64,000 bases of DNA from a virus: positions 98,436-162,435 of the IMG/VR virus record IMGVR_UViG_3300036790_000425. One strand, 5' to 3'. The stretch's first letter is position 1. Each line of letters starts with the position of its first letter. The position numbers and the translations under genes are program-made. The notes beneath the pieces are model-generated. The model saw only the letters and a program-made list of their open reading frames with translations. It did no database searches and was not told the DNA's origin. Shown in pieces: positions 54,540 through 63,621 of the stretch.

Positions 54540-57500
54540 CTAGTCGATGAACAGGTCAGAGTCGTCGGACCCGCCGAGCGAGGCCGAGGCCGCGCTCGCG
54601 TAGTGCGCCGCGCCCACCGAGGCGAGCGAGGGGGCCGACCGGGTGGCCGTCCGCTGCTGCGGCCGGGGGGCCGGCTGACGGGGCGCCACCGCGGACAGGG
54701 TCCGGATCTCGTGCTCGATCAGCGCGTCCGGCAGCGCGGCGTCCCGCTCGATCGAGGCGGCAACCGCCAGCTCGTCACCCTGGGCCAGCCCGGCGGTGAC
54801 CCGCAGCTTGGCCAGGCGGATCGAGGCGAACGTCCGGGTAGCCGCCTGGTCCTGGAGGGAGGCCGCCTTCTGCTGGCCGCCCTGGCCCTGGCCCAGCAGC
54901 CACGGGAAGGCGGCGCCGTTGTCGCCCTGGCCGCCGATGCCGGGGCCGTGGGCCTTCAGCGGGTCCGGGTCGATACGGACGTCAGTCTCGATGCGGCGCT
55001 GCTCCAGCGGGACCCCGCCGTCCTGTGACGGGTTGGTGCCCTGCACGGGCGCCGTCACGTCGATCAGGTTGGTGGCCGGGGGCGTCTGGATCTCCACGCC
55101 CGGGGTGATCGCCGTGGTGGTCTGCGCGGCCGGCACGCCGCCTACCGAGCCGGGCGTGGTGCCCGGCCGCGACGGGTCATCCATCGTCTCCGGGTTCAGC
55201 GCCTGCTCGGTGGTCTCGGTCGCCGGGGCCTCCGGCGGGTCCGGGACCGGGCTGGCCGGGTTGAGCACGTCCGCGTGCCGCTGCATGACCTGCGCCCGGA
55301 TCGCCGCCAGGTGCTGGTCAGCGCCGGCGGCCCTGGCCAGGAAGGCCAGCTGGGCGGTCAGCACCTCGTTGTCGGCCGTCAGGGCCGCGATGTGGCGCGC
55401 CTGCGCCTGAGCCACGGCTGCGGCCGTCTTGCCTCCAGGCATGTCATCCCTCTCAGACGGGTCGTCCTGTACCTTCTGGGGGCCGCCGGCAGGTTCGAGC
55501 GATCCCTGGCGGCAGGCCGGGCACGGCACGCCCGGCTGCGCGGCCACGTCGGGGGCGAATGTCTGGCCGCAGGCAGGGCAGGCGAGCTGTCCCTGGGGCG
55601 CCGGCGCGAGCTGGTCCTCGTTGCCCTGGTTCTCCAGCTCCTGCCCCTCGCCCTGCTCCTCCTGGCCGGCCTCGGCATCCTCGGCGCCCTGGTCCTGCTC
55701 CTCCTCGCCCGCGGCCTGCTCCTCCTGGCCGGGGAGCTGCGCCGGGGGCTGGCCGGGGACGCCCTGGGCGACAGGCACGCCGTCGGGGGTGAGCTGGTCG
55801 GGGTGCTGGAGCTGGGCGTCGGCGTCCGGGTCGGAGCCCATCGCGTTATCCGGGCCGGTGGTGACCTCGCCGGTCTGGTCCAGCTGGTCGCGGACCTCCT
55901 GGGCCTTGCCGGTGTCCGGGTCCCGGAACAGGCTCGGCGGCACGGTGAATCCGCATACCGGGCAGCGGTCGCCGGACCACACGTCGTGCTCGCCGCAGAC
56001 GGGGCACTCCTCCATCCGCAGGGTGTCCACCTGGGGCGGCACCCGCTCCTCGCCGTAGGCGGTCACGCGGCGGCCGTGGTAGTGCATGTTCTGCTCGTCG
56101 ATGCCGCCGGGGTGGTGCTCCCGGTGGTGCTGCTGCCAGCGCTCCTGGCCGTTGGTGAAGGTCTTCACCCGGCCCTTGCTGGCCCCGGCGCCGCCGCCGC
56201 CCGCGCCGGCCGAGTCCTCCGCCTGGTTCATGCGCTGCTGGCGCAGCCAGGTGGCGGCCTGGACCTCGTGCGGCTTGATCTCGCGGCCGTAGTGCGTGCT
56301 CAGGGTCTTCGCCGCGTCCCGGTACATGTGCGAGACGTGCTCATAGTGCTGCGACTGGCTGGCGGGGAACTTCCCGCCCTCGTCCTTGCTCAGCCGGCGG
56401 CCCGCGGCCACGGACAGGGCGTGCCGGTCCACCACCACCTGGTGATTGCCGCTGGCCTTGTCCTCGGGCGTGTCGTCGCCGTGCTCGATCAGCTTGGCGA
56501 ACGCCCGGGTCTTGGGGCCGTTGAGCACCTTGGAGTGGTGCTCCCCGGCCAGCATCCGCAGGGCGGGCTTCTGCTGACTGCCCATCGCGCCGGAGCCGGG
56601 GCCTGGCGGCTCGCCCCGGGCGGCACTGGAGGCGTTGAACATGTTGATCGGCCAGGCGGTCTGCGGGCTGTAGGCGCTCAGCAGGCCGGCGCCCAGGGCG
56701 TGATTACCCCCGGCGATCGCCCCGGCCACGTGGTGGGCATCGGAGTACCAGCGGCTGCCCAGGTGCTTCTCGTCGTCGTTGGTCTGGTGGTAGGCGTCCA
56801 CGATCTTGTCGGCGTGCAGCGCGTGATCCCGGAAGAACGGGTGATCTCCGGCTTCCTTCTTGCGGGACGGCTTGGCTGCCGGAGCCCCGCCGCCTTCCCC
56901 GGCGGCCGTCCTGGGCAGGAAATGCTCGTCCTGGATCTCCAGCTCGGGCATGTAGTAGACCGGGGTGCTGGCCTGGCTGCGGCCGGCGGTCATCTTCATG
57001 CCGCGGTCATCCACCAATCCGAGGACGCTAGAATGTAGGGCATGGTCAGCAGGTCCGAACTGGACGGACGCTTCATCCGAATAGCTACTGAAGTCGAGCG
57101 CTACATCGCCTCGATCGACATCACTGCCGGACCCACGGCGTGCAACCCGTGGACGGGCGGAACGTTCGATAGCGGGTACCCCCGCTTCTCCCTGGCGGAC
57201 GCGAAGCGATCGAGTGTCCGGGCTCATCGCTGGGGGTGGAAACTGCTGCGAGGCCCGATTGCGCCCGGTCTGGCGGTCTGCCACTCGTGTGACTTCCTGA
57301 TCTGCATGAACCCGATGCACTGGTTCCTGGGCACCAGCGCGGTCAACTCCGCCGACATGGTGGCCAGGGGGCGCAGCCTGCCGGGGGTCAGGAACCCGGT
57401 CGCCAAGCTCACCGAGGCGGACGTTCGGGTCATCAAGTCCGTACTTCTCCCTCAGGTCGCGACCGGCCGGGGCAGTACGCGCAGAGGTCAGCTCACCCTG

Positions 57501-58262
57501 GGAGGCATCGCCGGGCGATACGGCGTCAGCGAAGCGGCCATTGCCTCGATTCGCGCTAGCCGAACGTGGGGACACGTGTAGCCCCCTGCCGTCTGGCTGA
57601 CCGAGCACATAGCACGTCGGGTCGGCCGGGTCCTCGACCAGCAGGCTGTTCTCGAAGAACGACAGCCCGGCGCAGATCTCGTGGATCAGGGTCTCCTCGA
57701 CCCGGCCGGTGCTCTTGTTGCGCTGCCGGATCTTCTTGCCCTTCAGGGCGGGCAGGTGCTTGCAGTACTCGGCCGGGTTGGTGGCCCTGTTGCCGCAGGC
57801 CGAGCACTTCGACCACTCGACATCGACACCCATCGAGGTCCGGTTGACCTTGCCTGCCAGCAGCGCGCCGGCCAGCTTCGGGAAGCGGAGCGCGTCCACT
57901 TCCATCAGGCCCTCGGCCCAGGTGTCCGGGGTGCCGTCCGGGTTGCGGTCCCGGTGCAGGGCGACCGCCACGATCACGCCGCGCGCCCGGCGGTGGCTGG
58001 CGTTGTGGTGGTTGACGAAGACCGGCTTGCCCAGGAAGGTCCGGTAGCCCTTCTCGATCTCGTCCGCCGGGAAGGTGTCGTGGTTGTCGTTGGTCCGGGA
58101 AGAGATCATCCTCGACCGGACGTAGATGAAGCCGGGCCGGGGCTCGTAGTCGAAGGCCACCCGGTGAGCTGACTTGCGCAGGCCCTGATCCTGGCTGCCG
58201 GACCAGGCCTCCAGCACGTTCAGGCTGGCGTACTTACGAATCACCTGAGCCCTCCGTCTCAT
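54540..58262 (-). CDS. Capsid maturation protease/scaffold polyprotein with inserted domains
   Basis: N-terminal 'NDNHDTF..KPVFVNH...TSMG...FFENSLLVEDPAD' prohead-protease-like domain; Zn ribbons; acidic scaffold-like C-terminus; precedes the capsid genes. Confidence 0.75.
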   Translation of the reverse strand: MRRRAQVIRKYASLNVLEAWSGSQDQGLRKSAHRVAFDYEPRPGFIYVRSRMISSRTNDNHDTFPADEIEKGYRTFLGKPVFVNHHNASHRRARGVIVAVALHRDRNPDGTPDTWAEGLMEVDALRFPKLAGALLAGKVNRTSMGVDVEWSKCSACGNRATNPAEYCKHLPALKGKKIRQRNKSTGRVEETLIHEICAGLSFFENSLLVEDPADPTCYVLGQPDGRGLHVSPRSASANRGNGRFADAVSPGDASQGELTSARTAPAGRDLREKYGLDDPNVRLGELGDRVPDPRQAAPPGHHVGGVDRAGAQEPVHRVHADQEVTRVADRQTGRNRASQQFPPPAMSPDTRSLRVRQGEAGVPAIERSARPRVARRGSGSDVDRGDVALDFSSYSDEASVQFGPADHALHSSVLGLVDDRGMKMTAGRSQASTPVYYMPELEIQDEHFLPRTAAGEGGGAPAAKPSRKKEAGDHPFFRDHALHADKIVDAYHQTNDDEKHLGSRWYSDAHHVAGAIAGGNHALGAGLLSAYSPQTAWPINMFNASSAARGEPPGPGSGAMGSQQKPALRMLAGEHHSKVLNGPKTRAFAKLIEHGDDTPEDKASGNHQVVVDRHALSVAAGRRLSKDEGGKFPASQSQHYEHVSHMYRDAAKTLSTHYGREIKPHEVQAATWLRQQRMNQAEDSAGAGGGGAGASKGRVKTFTNGQERWQQHHREHHPGGIDEQNMHYHGRRVTAYGEERVPPQVDTLRMEECPVCGEHDVWSGDRCPVCGFTVPPSLFRDPDTGKAQEVRDQLDQTGEVTTGPDNAMGSDPDADAQLQHPDQLTPDGVPVAQGVPGQPPAQLPGQEEQAAGEEEQDQGAEDAEAGQEEQGEGQELENQGNEDQLAPAPQGQLACPACGQTFAPDVAAQPGVPCPACRQGSLEPAGGPQKVQDDPSERDDMPGGKTAAAVAQAQARHIAALTADNEVLTAQLAFLARAAGADQHLAAIRAQVMQRHADVLNPASPVPDPPEAPATETTEQALNPETMDDPSRPGTTPGSVGGVPAAQTTTAITPGVEIQTPPATNLIDVTAPVQGTNPSQDGGVPLEQRRIETDVRIDPDPLKAHGPGIGGQGDNGAAFPWLLGQGQGGQQKAASLQDQAATRTFASIRLAKLRVTAGLAQGDELAVAASIERDAALPDALIEHEIRTLSAVAPRQPAPRPQQRTATRSAPSLASVGAAHYASAASASLGGSDDSDLFID
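57042..57581 (+). CDS. HNH homing endonuclease nested antisense in the protease gene
   Basis: 'CNPWTG..SGYPRF..RAHRWGW..GPI..VCHSCD..CMNPMHW.LGT..N..DM..RGR' plus C-terminal HTH; TAGAAT -10 lies 7 nt before the ATG. Confidence 0.9.
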   Translation: MVSRSELDGRFIRIATEVERYIASIDITAGPTACNPWTGGTFDSGYPRFSLADAKRSSVRAHRWGWKLLRGPIAPGLAVCHSCDFLICMNPMHWFLGTSAVNSADMVARGRSLPGVRNPVAKLTEADVRVIKSVLLPQVATGRGSTRRGQLTLGGIAGRYGVSEAAIASIRASRTWGHV

Positions 58263-58384
58263 CTCCCCTTCTGCGGGGAGGAGGCGGAGGGCTCAGTGCG
58301 TCAGGTCAGATGCCGGCGTTGCACCGGTCGATCTCCTCGTTGCAGGCGTCGATCCTGCCCGGGTCGCGGATGCGCCCGGTCATC

Positions 58385-58993
58385 TCACTCCTCGTCGAAT
58401 CCGGGCAGCGGGGGCTTCCTGGCCATCACCGCGCGCAGCCCGCGGATCACGGTGGGCGGATCGTCGTCCGGGGGCGGGACGGGCTCCGGCTCGTGGTCCG
58501 GGCCGTGCGTGACCGGGCCCTCGTAGCGCGTCTCCCAGCCGAACCCGGGCGGCGGCGCGGACTCAGTCGCCAGCGGCAGGGCGGGCACGCCCTCATAAGT
58601 CAGCCAGACGGTCTCTGCCGGGCGCGGCGCGTACTGGCCGGCCCAGGCCTCGACCTCCCGGAGCTGAGCCTCCTCATCCTGCGCCGGCACGAAATGCGGG
58701 TCCGGGGGCGGCGGGCGGCGGGGCGGCGCGGGGACGTCCCTCGGGCGGCGGTGCGCGCCCCTGCCCCGGGCGGGCGTGGCCGCCACCGAGCCCGGGACCA
58801 GACCGCGCGACTGGCGGAGCGTGTTCACCCAGCCGTCCGGGTCAGTGTTGTGGTCTCCCAGGCCGTCATGGGCCAGCCGCCAGCGGCGGAGGCCGCGCCA
58901 GCCGGGATCAGGGGCCAGGAGGAGCGGCTCTGCCGGCCACAGCACGACACACAGCGCTATGGCCAGAGCGACCGCCCAGGCAGCGTCTTGCAT
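58385..58993 (-). CDS. Membrane-anchored Pro-rich hypothetical protein
   Basis: N-terminal TM segment; 202 aa. Confidence 0.55.
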   Translation of the reverse strand: MQDAAWAVALAIALCVVLWPAEPLLLAPDPGWRGLRRWRLAHDGLGDHNTDPDGWVNTLRQSRGLVPGSVAATPARGRGAHRRPRDVPAPPRRPPPPDPHFVPAQDEEAQLREVEAWAGQYAPRPAETVWLTYEGVPALPLATESAPPPGFGWETRYEGPVTHGPDHEPEPVPPPDDDPPTVIRGLRAVMARKPPLPGFDEE

Positions 58994-59004
58994 AAGGACC
59001 CTCT

Positions 59005-59556
59005 CTACTTGTTGGCGCAGACCGGGCCCTTGCGGCGGGCCCGGGACTCGTCGGTCTCCAGCGGGAGGCCGCAGTCGATGCAGATCGCGACGTCATACAG
59101 CCGCTCGAACCTGACGCTGTCCTCGGCCGTCATCCGGTCCTCGGCCCTCAGGAATCCCAGCGCCGCCGGGAGCTGAGACCACACGCCCCGCCGCCCGGTG
59201 CGCGGGTTGACGGCGACCGGGTCGAGCACCTTGGCCCTCAGTGAATGGTTGTTGTACTGCGATCGGTAGACGAGGATCGCCCGGTCACCGTTGAAGTACA
59301 TGCCCGCCTCGGTGATCCGGGGGCCGGGCCGGTAGCCGCGCGGCCGGGCCGGGCGCTCAGCCGCGGCCGGGCCCCGGGCAGGAGCCGGGCGGGAGGCCTC
59401 GCCCCCGATCACCGGACAGCTGCGCAGCTTGCGCAGGATGGCCTCCTGCTGGGCGGGGGCCAGCGGCCTGCCGTCGAGCTGCCGGGGGTCCAGCGGGTGC
59501 CTGCGCTCGCGGGCCAGCCGGCGGATCTCGTCCATCGGGGTCTCGGTGCTGCTCAT
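59005..59556 (-). CDS. Zinc-finger protein (DUF6011-like C-terminus)
   Basis: 'CIDCGLPLETDESRARRKGPVCA' motif. Confidence 0.75.
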   Translation of the reverse strand: MSSTETPMDEIRRLARERRHPLDPRQLDGRPLAPAQQEAILRKLRSCPVIGGEASRPAPARGPAAAERPARPRGYRPGPRITEAGMYFNGDRAILVYRSQYNNHSLRAKVLDPVAVNPRTGRRGVWSQLPAALGFLRAEDRMTAEDSVRFERLYDVAICIDCGLPLETDESRARRKGPVCANK

Positions 59557-59621
59557 CTCGTCCCGGCTCTCTGCTCGTCGTCTGCTAAGGCAACGATAGC
59601 AAGAAACCTTGTAACGAGCAA

Positions 59622-59945
59622 CTAGCGGCCGATGGTGATGCCCGTGGCCTGCTGGAGCAGGTCCCGCGAGGTCGGCGGGATCAGCCGGTCGTCGATGTTC
59701 TCCATGACCTTGACCGGCTTACCGCCCGGGCCGCACCGGCAGTAGTTCTCCTGGCCGGGCCGGTCGTGCTCGATGTCCCAGGCGAAGTCCAGCCGGACCA
59801 GCAGCCCCTCCGGGTCACCGTTCCCCTCCGGCAGCCCCTCGTTGGACTCGATCTCGGCCTCGAAGCTGGGCCGCCATCCGTGCAGGAAATGCTCCGGCGA
59901 CAGCAGCCGCGCGACCCTCTCCGACACTTCACTTGCAAGCGCCAT
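59622..59945 (-). CDS. Hypothetical protein
   Basis: 107 aa, GGGAGG RBS. Confidence 0.6.
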   Translation of the reverse strand: MALASEVSERVARLLSPEHFLHGWRPSFEAEIESNEGLPEGNGDPEGLLVRLDFAWDIEHDRPGQENYCRCGPGGKPVKVMENIDDRLIPPTSRDLLQQATGITIGR

Positions 59946-60069
59946 GTTTCCCTCCCTTCACCCACAGTAGGCGAGTTTGCACGGGCCTACTACCTTCCTT
60001 GCCAACTCAGGGTCCGGCGCAGGAGGCCGGCACGGAAGGAGTGCAGGTCCGGCAGCGGGAGGTGATCGG

Positions 60070-62454
60070 GTGACCACGGTCACCAACAGCGCAGAGGGCG
60101 GCACTAACGGCACCAGCGCATCCACCGGCAACAGCGGCGGGGCCAGCGGGAATGCCTGGAACACCGTCACCGGGTCGGGCGGCGGAACGGTCCCGTTCTA
60201 CTCAGCCTCAGCCGCCTACCACGGCAGCCTCGGCTACCGGCTGGAGACCGCTGCCGTCGGCACCTGCGTCCTGGTGTGGAACACGGCGATCGGGACCAGC
60301 TTCACCGACGTCTACCTGCGGGCCTACGTCAATCTCGACCAGTTCCCGCAGGGTAACGCCCGCCTGTTCCGGCTGCTGCTGTCCAGTACCTTCGCCGGGG
60401 CCCTGGATATCACCAACGCCGGCAAGATCCAGATGATCAGCTCCACCGGGGCCACGACTGGCAGCGCCAGCACTAACGCCGTCACGCCCGGCAGCTGGTT
60501 CCGCCTGGAGTGCCACTTCCATGCCAGCGCATCAGCCGGTACGGCCAACTGGCAGCTGTACCTCACCAACCCGGACGGCACGACCCCGGACGAGACCGGG
60601 TCGCTCACCGGGATCAACTTCCTGAGCAGCAACTTCACCCAGATCAGCTTCGGCAACCCCAGCTCGTCTGCCAGCTGGGAGATGAGCCTGGATGACCTGG
60701 GCGCCTCGACCACCGGCTTCCTGGGCCCGGCGATCAGCACGCAGTCCGGGGCGGCAGCGCTGTCGGCCTCGCCCGGCCTGACAGTGGCCGGCATCCGGGG
60801 ACTAAGCGGGGTCGCAGCCCTGGCGGCCGTCCCGGCGCTGACCACGGCGGGCGTCGTGTCCCGGCGGGGAGCCTCCGCCCTGAGCGCCGTCCCTGCGCTG
60901 GCGGTCACGGGCACCGTATCCCGGCGGGGTGCCGCAGCGCTGAGCACCGTGCCGGTCCTGACGGCCGGGGCTGCCATCACCGAGAAGGCAGCGGGGGCGC
61001 TGTCCGCCAGCCCGGTACTGTCAGCCGCTGCCACGCTGGCCCGGCACGGCGCCGCCGCCCTGAGCACGATCCCGCACCTGACCGCAGGCGCGCTGGTCAC
61101 CGAGAAGGCCGCTGGTGCCCTGTCCGCGCTGCCGGTCCTGCACGCCGCAGCGCTGGTCACCGAGAAGGCCGCAGACGCGCTCACGGCAGCCCCGGTGCTG
61201 TCGGCCGCTGCGGTCCTGACCCGTACCGGAGCGGCGCACCTGGCCGCTGGCCCGGTCCTGGCCGCCAGCGGGCGCGCCACCGCGCTCGCCTCATCCCACC
61301 TGGCTGCTGGCACAGCGCTCTCCGCTGCTGGCACGCGAGAGGTGCCAGGGGCGGCGCACCTGAGCACCGCGCCAGCCCTGTCCGCGGCCGGGACCCGGGG
61401 CGTGCCAGGAGCGGCGCACCTCAGTGCCAGCCCGGCTCTGACTGCTGCTGGCACGGTGGCGCGCCCTGGCGCAGCGCACCTGAGCACCGTCCCGGCACTG
61501 ACCGCCGGGGCCCTGGTCACCGAGCGCGCGAGCGCGGCCCTGAGCGCCCCCGGGCAGCTCACCGCCGCCGCGGTCATCTCCCGTGCTGGGACTGCCGCGC
61601 TCAGCGCCGCCTGCGTGCTCTCCGCCCCGGCCAGCGTCACTGAGCTGGCCTCGGCTCACCTGAGCACGACTCCGGCCCTGGGCGCGGCCGGGAGCATCAT
61701 CGGCAGCACCGGGGCCATCCTGACGGCCGCGCCGGCGCTGTCCGCCACGGCCGGGGTGGCGCGCGCCGGGGCAGCGCACCTGGCGGCGCAGCCATCACTG
61801 GGAGCTGGCGCAGTCGTGACCGCGCGTGCCAGCGCGGCCCTGGCGGCGGTGGCGCAGCTGACCGCGTCAGGGGCACCCGCCCGGGCGGGGGTGGCGCACC
61901 TCGCGGCCGTGCCAGCACTCGGTGCCACGGCGCTGCGGGGGCAGTTCTCCGGGGCCGCGCTCAGCGCCGCCATGACCCTGGCCGCGGCCGGGAGCACCGA
62001 GCCGCCGGCGGGCTCGGGCCTGTCGGCATCGCCCGTGCTGACGGCGGGCGCCGTAGTAGCCAGGGCGGGCGCGGCGAGCCTGGCTGCGGTGCCCGCGCTC
62101 GGCACGGTGCCAGCGATCGGGAAGCCTGGCTCGGCCGCCCTCAGCGCAGAGGCCCTGCTGACCGCAGCGGGCGATGTCGCGGTAACCCGCCAGGGGACGG
62201 CGCTCCTGACGGCATCCGCCCGGATGACGGTCGCAGCCGGGACCCAGGCCGGCCGCCAGGAGCAGCTGTGGCTGGCCTACACCGCCGCCGACGCGATCGC
62301 CAGCAATGCCGAGCGGCTGTGGGACGAGGCGATCCTGGCGGGCGGCCGGTCACTGGTGGCCGGCCTGTACTACACCCGGGCCTACGAGAGCCGGATGCAG
62401 GCCAGCGCGGCCTACGACGCCTGGCTGGCCTACTACGACACCGTCAGTAGGTGA
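60070..62454 (+). CDS. Virion-like protein: lectin/LamG-like N-domain plus Ala-rich repeat stalk
   Basis: GTG start after GGAGGTGA; 'VYLRAYV..WFRLECH..LDDL' beta-sandwich; about 20 AAxLSAxPxL repeats. Confidence 0.7.
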   Translation: MTTVTNSAEGGTNGTSASTGNSGGASGNAWNTVTGSGGGTVPFYSASAAYHGSLGYRLETAAVGTCVLVWNTAIGTSFTDVYLRAYVNLDQFPQGNARLFRLLLSSTFAGALDITNAGKIQMISSTGATTGSASTNAVTPGSWFRLECHFHASASAGTANWQLYLTNPDGTTPDETGSLTGINFLSSNFTQISFGNPSSSASWEMSLDDLGASTTGFLGPAISTQSGAAALSASPGLTVAGIRGLSGVAALAAVPALTTAGVVSRRGASALSAVPALAVTGTVSRRGAAALSTVPVLTAGAAITEKAAGALSASPVLSAAATLARHGAAALSTIPHLTAGALVTEKAAGALSALPVLHAAALVTEKAADALTAAPVLSAAAVLTRTGAAHLAAGPVLAASGRATALASSHLAAGTALSAAGTREVPGAAHLSTAPALSAAGTRGVPGAAHLSASPALTAAGTVARPGAAHLSTVPALTAGALVTERASAALSAPGQLTAAAVISRAGTAALSAACVLSAPASVTELASAHLSTTPALGAAGSIIGSTGAILTAAPALSATAGVARAGAAHLAAQPSLGAGAVVTARASAALAAVAQLTASGAPARAGVAHLAAVPALGATALRGQFSGAALSAAMTLAAAGSTEPPAGSGLSASPVLTAGAVVARAGAASLAAVPALGTVPAIGKPGSAALSAEALLTAAGDVAVTRQGTALLTASARMTVAAGTQAGRQEQLWLAYTAADAIASNAERLWDEAILAGGRSLVAGLYYTRAYESRMQASAAYDAWLAYYDTVSR

Positions 62455-62836
62455 TCCTCACGCCGTACTTGGCGCCGAGCCGGACCAGCGCCGGGCCCGG
62501 TGGCGGCAGCTGCCTGCGGCAGCCCAGGTCGTGCACGATGATCCGGGAGTTCTCGACCAGGGTCACGCCCAGCTTGCTGGTGGTCTTCGGGTCCGGCGGG
62601 ATCGAGCCCAGCAGCGAGTAGAACGAGCACTGGCTGGACTCGAACTGAGCCACGACGTGCTCGATCCGGGTCCGCTCGTCCAGCTGCCGCAGGCCCAGGT
62701 ATCCCGACAGCGTGGCCACCAGGACCAGCAGGATGCCCTGGATGATGACGATGGACCAGATCGTCCTTCTGCTGGTGCCCAGGAATCCTGAGAGATCAGC
62801 ATCCAGGTCGGAAGTCGGGGCCGGGTCCTCGGCCAT
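62444..62836 (-). CDS. Single-TM membrane protein (lysis-cassette-like)
   Basis: TM segment and two Cys in the external domain. Confidence 0.6.
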   Translation of the reverse strand: MAEDPAPTSDLDADLSGFLGTSRRTIWSIVIIQGILLVLVATLSGYLGLRQLDERTRIEHVVAQFESSQCSFYSLLGSIPPDPKTTSKLGVTLVENSRIIVHDLGCRRQLPPPGPALVRLGAKYGVRITY

Positions 62837-63229
62837 TTAGCCGCCCTCAATCTTCTTGGCGATGTTGTCGAATGACGTGCGCATCTCAGCGGCCAGCCTC
62901 TCGATCGCCGGATGACCGCTGGCCATGTCCATCAGGGCCGCATTCTTGGCATGCAGCTCGGTGATGCTCGCGGTCATCGTCTGGATCTGCTCGTCCTTAG
63001 TGTTCTTCTCGGCTTCCAGGGCGCGGGCGCGGGCTTCCCAGGAGTCGGCCGCGGTCTTGTAGTTGGACAGCACCTGGGTGTTCTTGCTGACCCGCAGCGC
63101 AGCCCAGGTGCCGATGCCGCCGGCGATGACGATGAGCACGGCGATCAGCCCGCCCAGGATGGACAGGATGCCGAAGGGGTCTGACCCCGATGCGGCGGTC
63201 AGGCCCGCGAGGTCCGGGGGGATCATCAT
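62837..63229 (-). CDS. Holin-like membrane protein with coiled coil
   Basis: N-terminal TM segment followed by a coiled coil. Confidence 0.55.
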   Translation of the reverse strand: MMIPPDLAGLTAASGSDPFGILSILGGLIAVLIVIAGGIGTWAALRVSKNTQVLSNYKTAADSWEARARALEAEKNTKDEQIQTMTASITELHAKNAALMDMASGHPAIERLAAEMRTSFDNIAKKIEGG

Positions 63230-63237
63230 GGAGGCGC

Positions 63238-63621
63238 CTACTCACGTCCCGGCGCGGGCGGCAGGTCACCCGGCGAGCCGGAGTAAATGATCCGGATCTG
63301 CTCCAGCATGAAATTCATCTGCTTCTGCTGGCTCAGCCGGGACCGGGCCATCAGGATGAACACCAGGCCCTGGAATGCGCAGAAAAGTCCGGTGAACAAG
63401 ATCATGAAAGTGATCCGGCTCTCATTGCTGACCGCGTAAAGCCGGAGCAGGAAAAAGGCGATGAAGATGCCGGCGAATGAAATAGTCCCGGCTGCGTAGA
63501 GAATGATCCCGATGATCAGCGCCGACCGGTGCAGCACGCGGTCGGGATCAAGGGGAGCGCGGGCGCGGGAGCGCGGCGGAGCGGAGATGGGCGGGATCAC
63601 CTCCGGGACAGGCCCGGGCAC
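63238..63621 (-). CDS. Two-TM membrane protein (holin candidate)
   Basis: Two long hydrophobic segments; lower GC than its neighbours. Confidence 0.55.
   Translation of the reverse strand: MPGPVPEVIPPISAPPRSRARAPLDPDRVLHRSALIIGIILYAAGTISFAGIFIAFFLLRLYAVSNESRITFMILFTGLFCAFQGLVFILMARSRLSQQKQMNFMLEQIRIIYSGSPGDLPPAPGRE

Noticed and set aside
54540-58262. Intein or group I intron explaining the HNH insert
   Set aside because: The HNH is on the opposite strand; no Cys/Ser...His-Asn splice junctions or P7-like intron core were seen.
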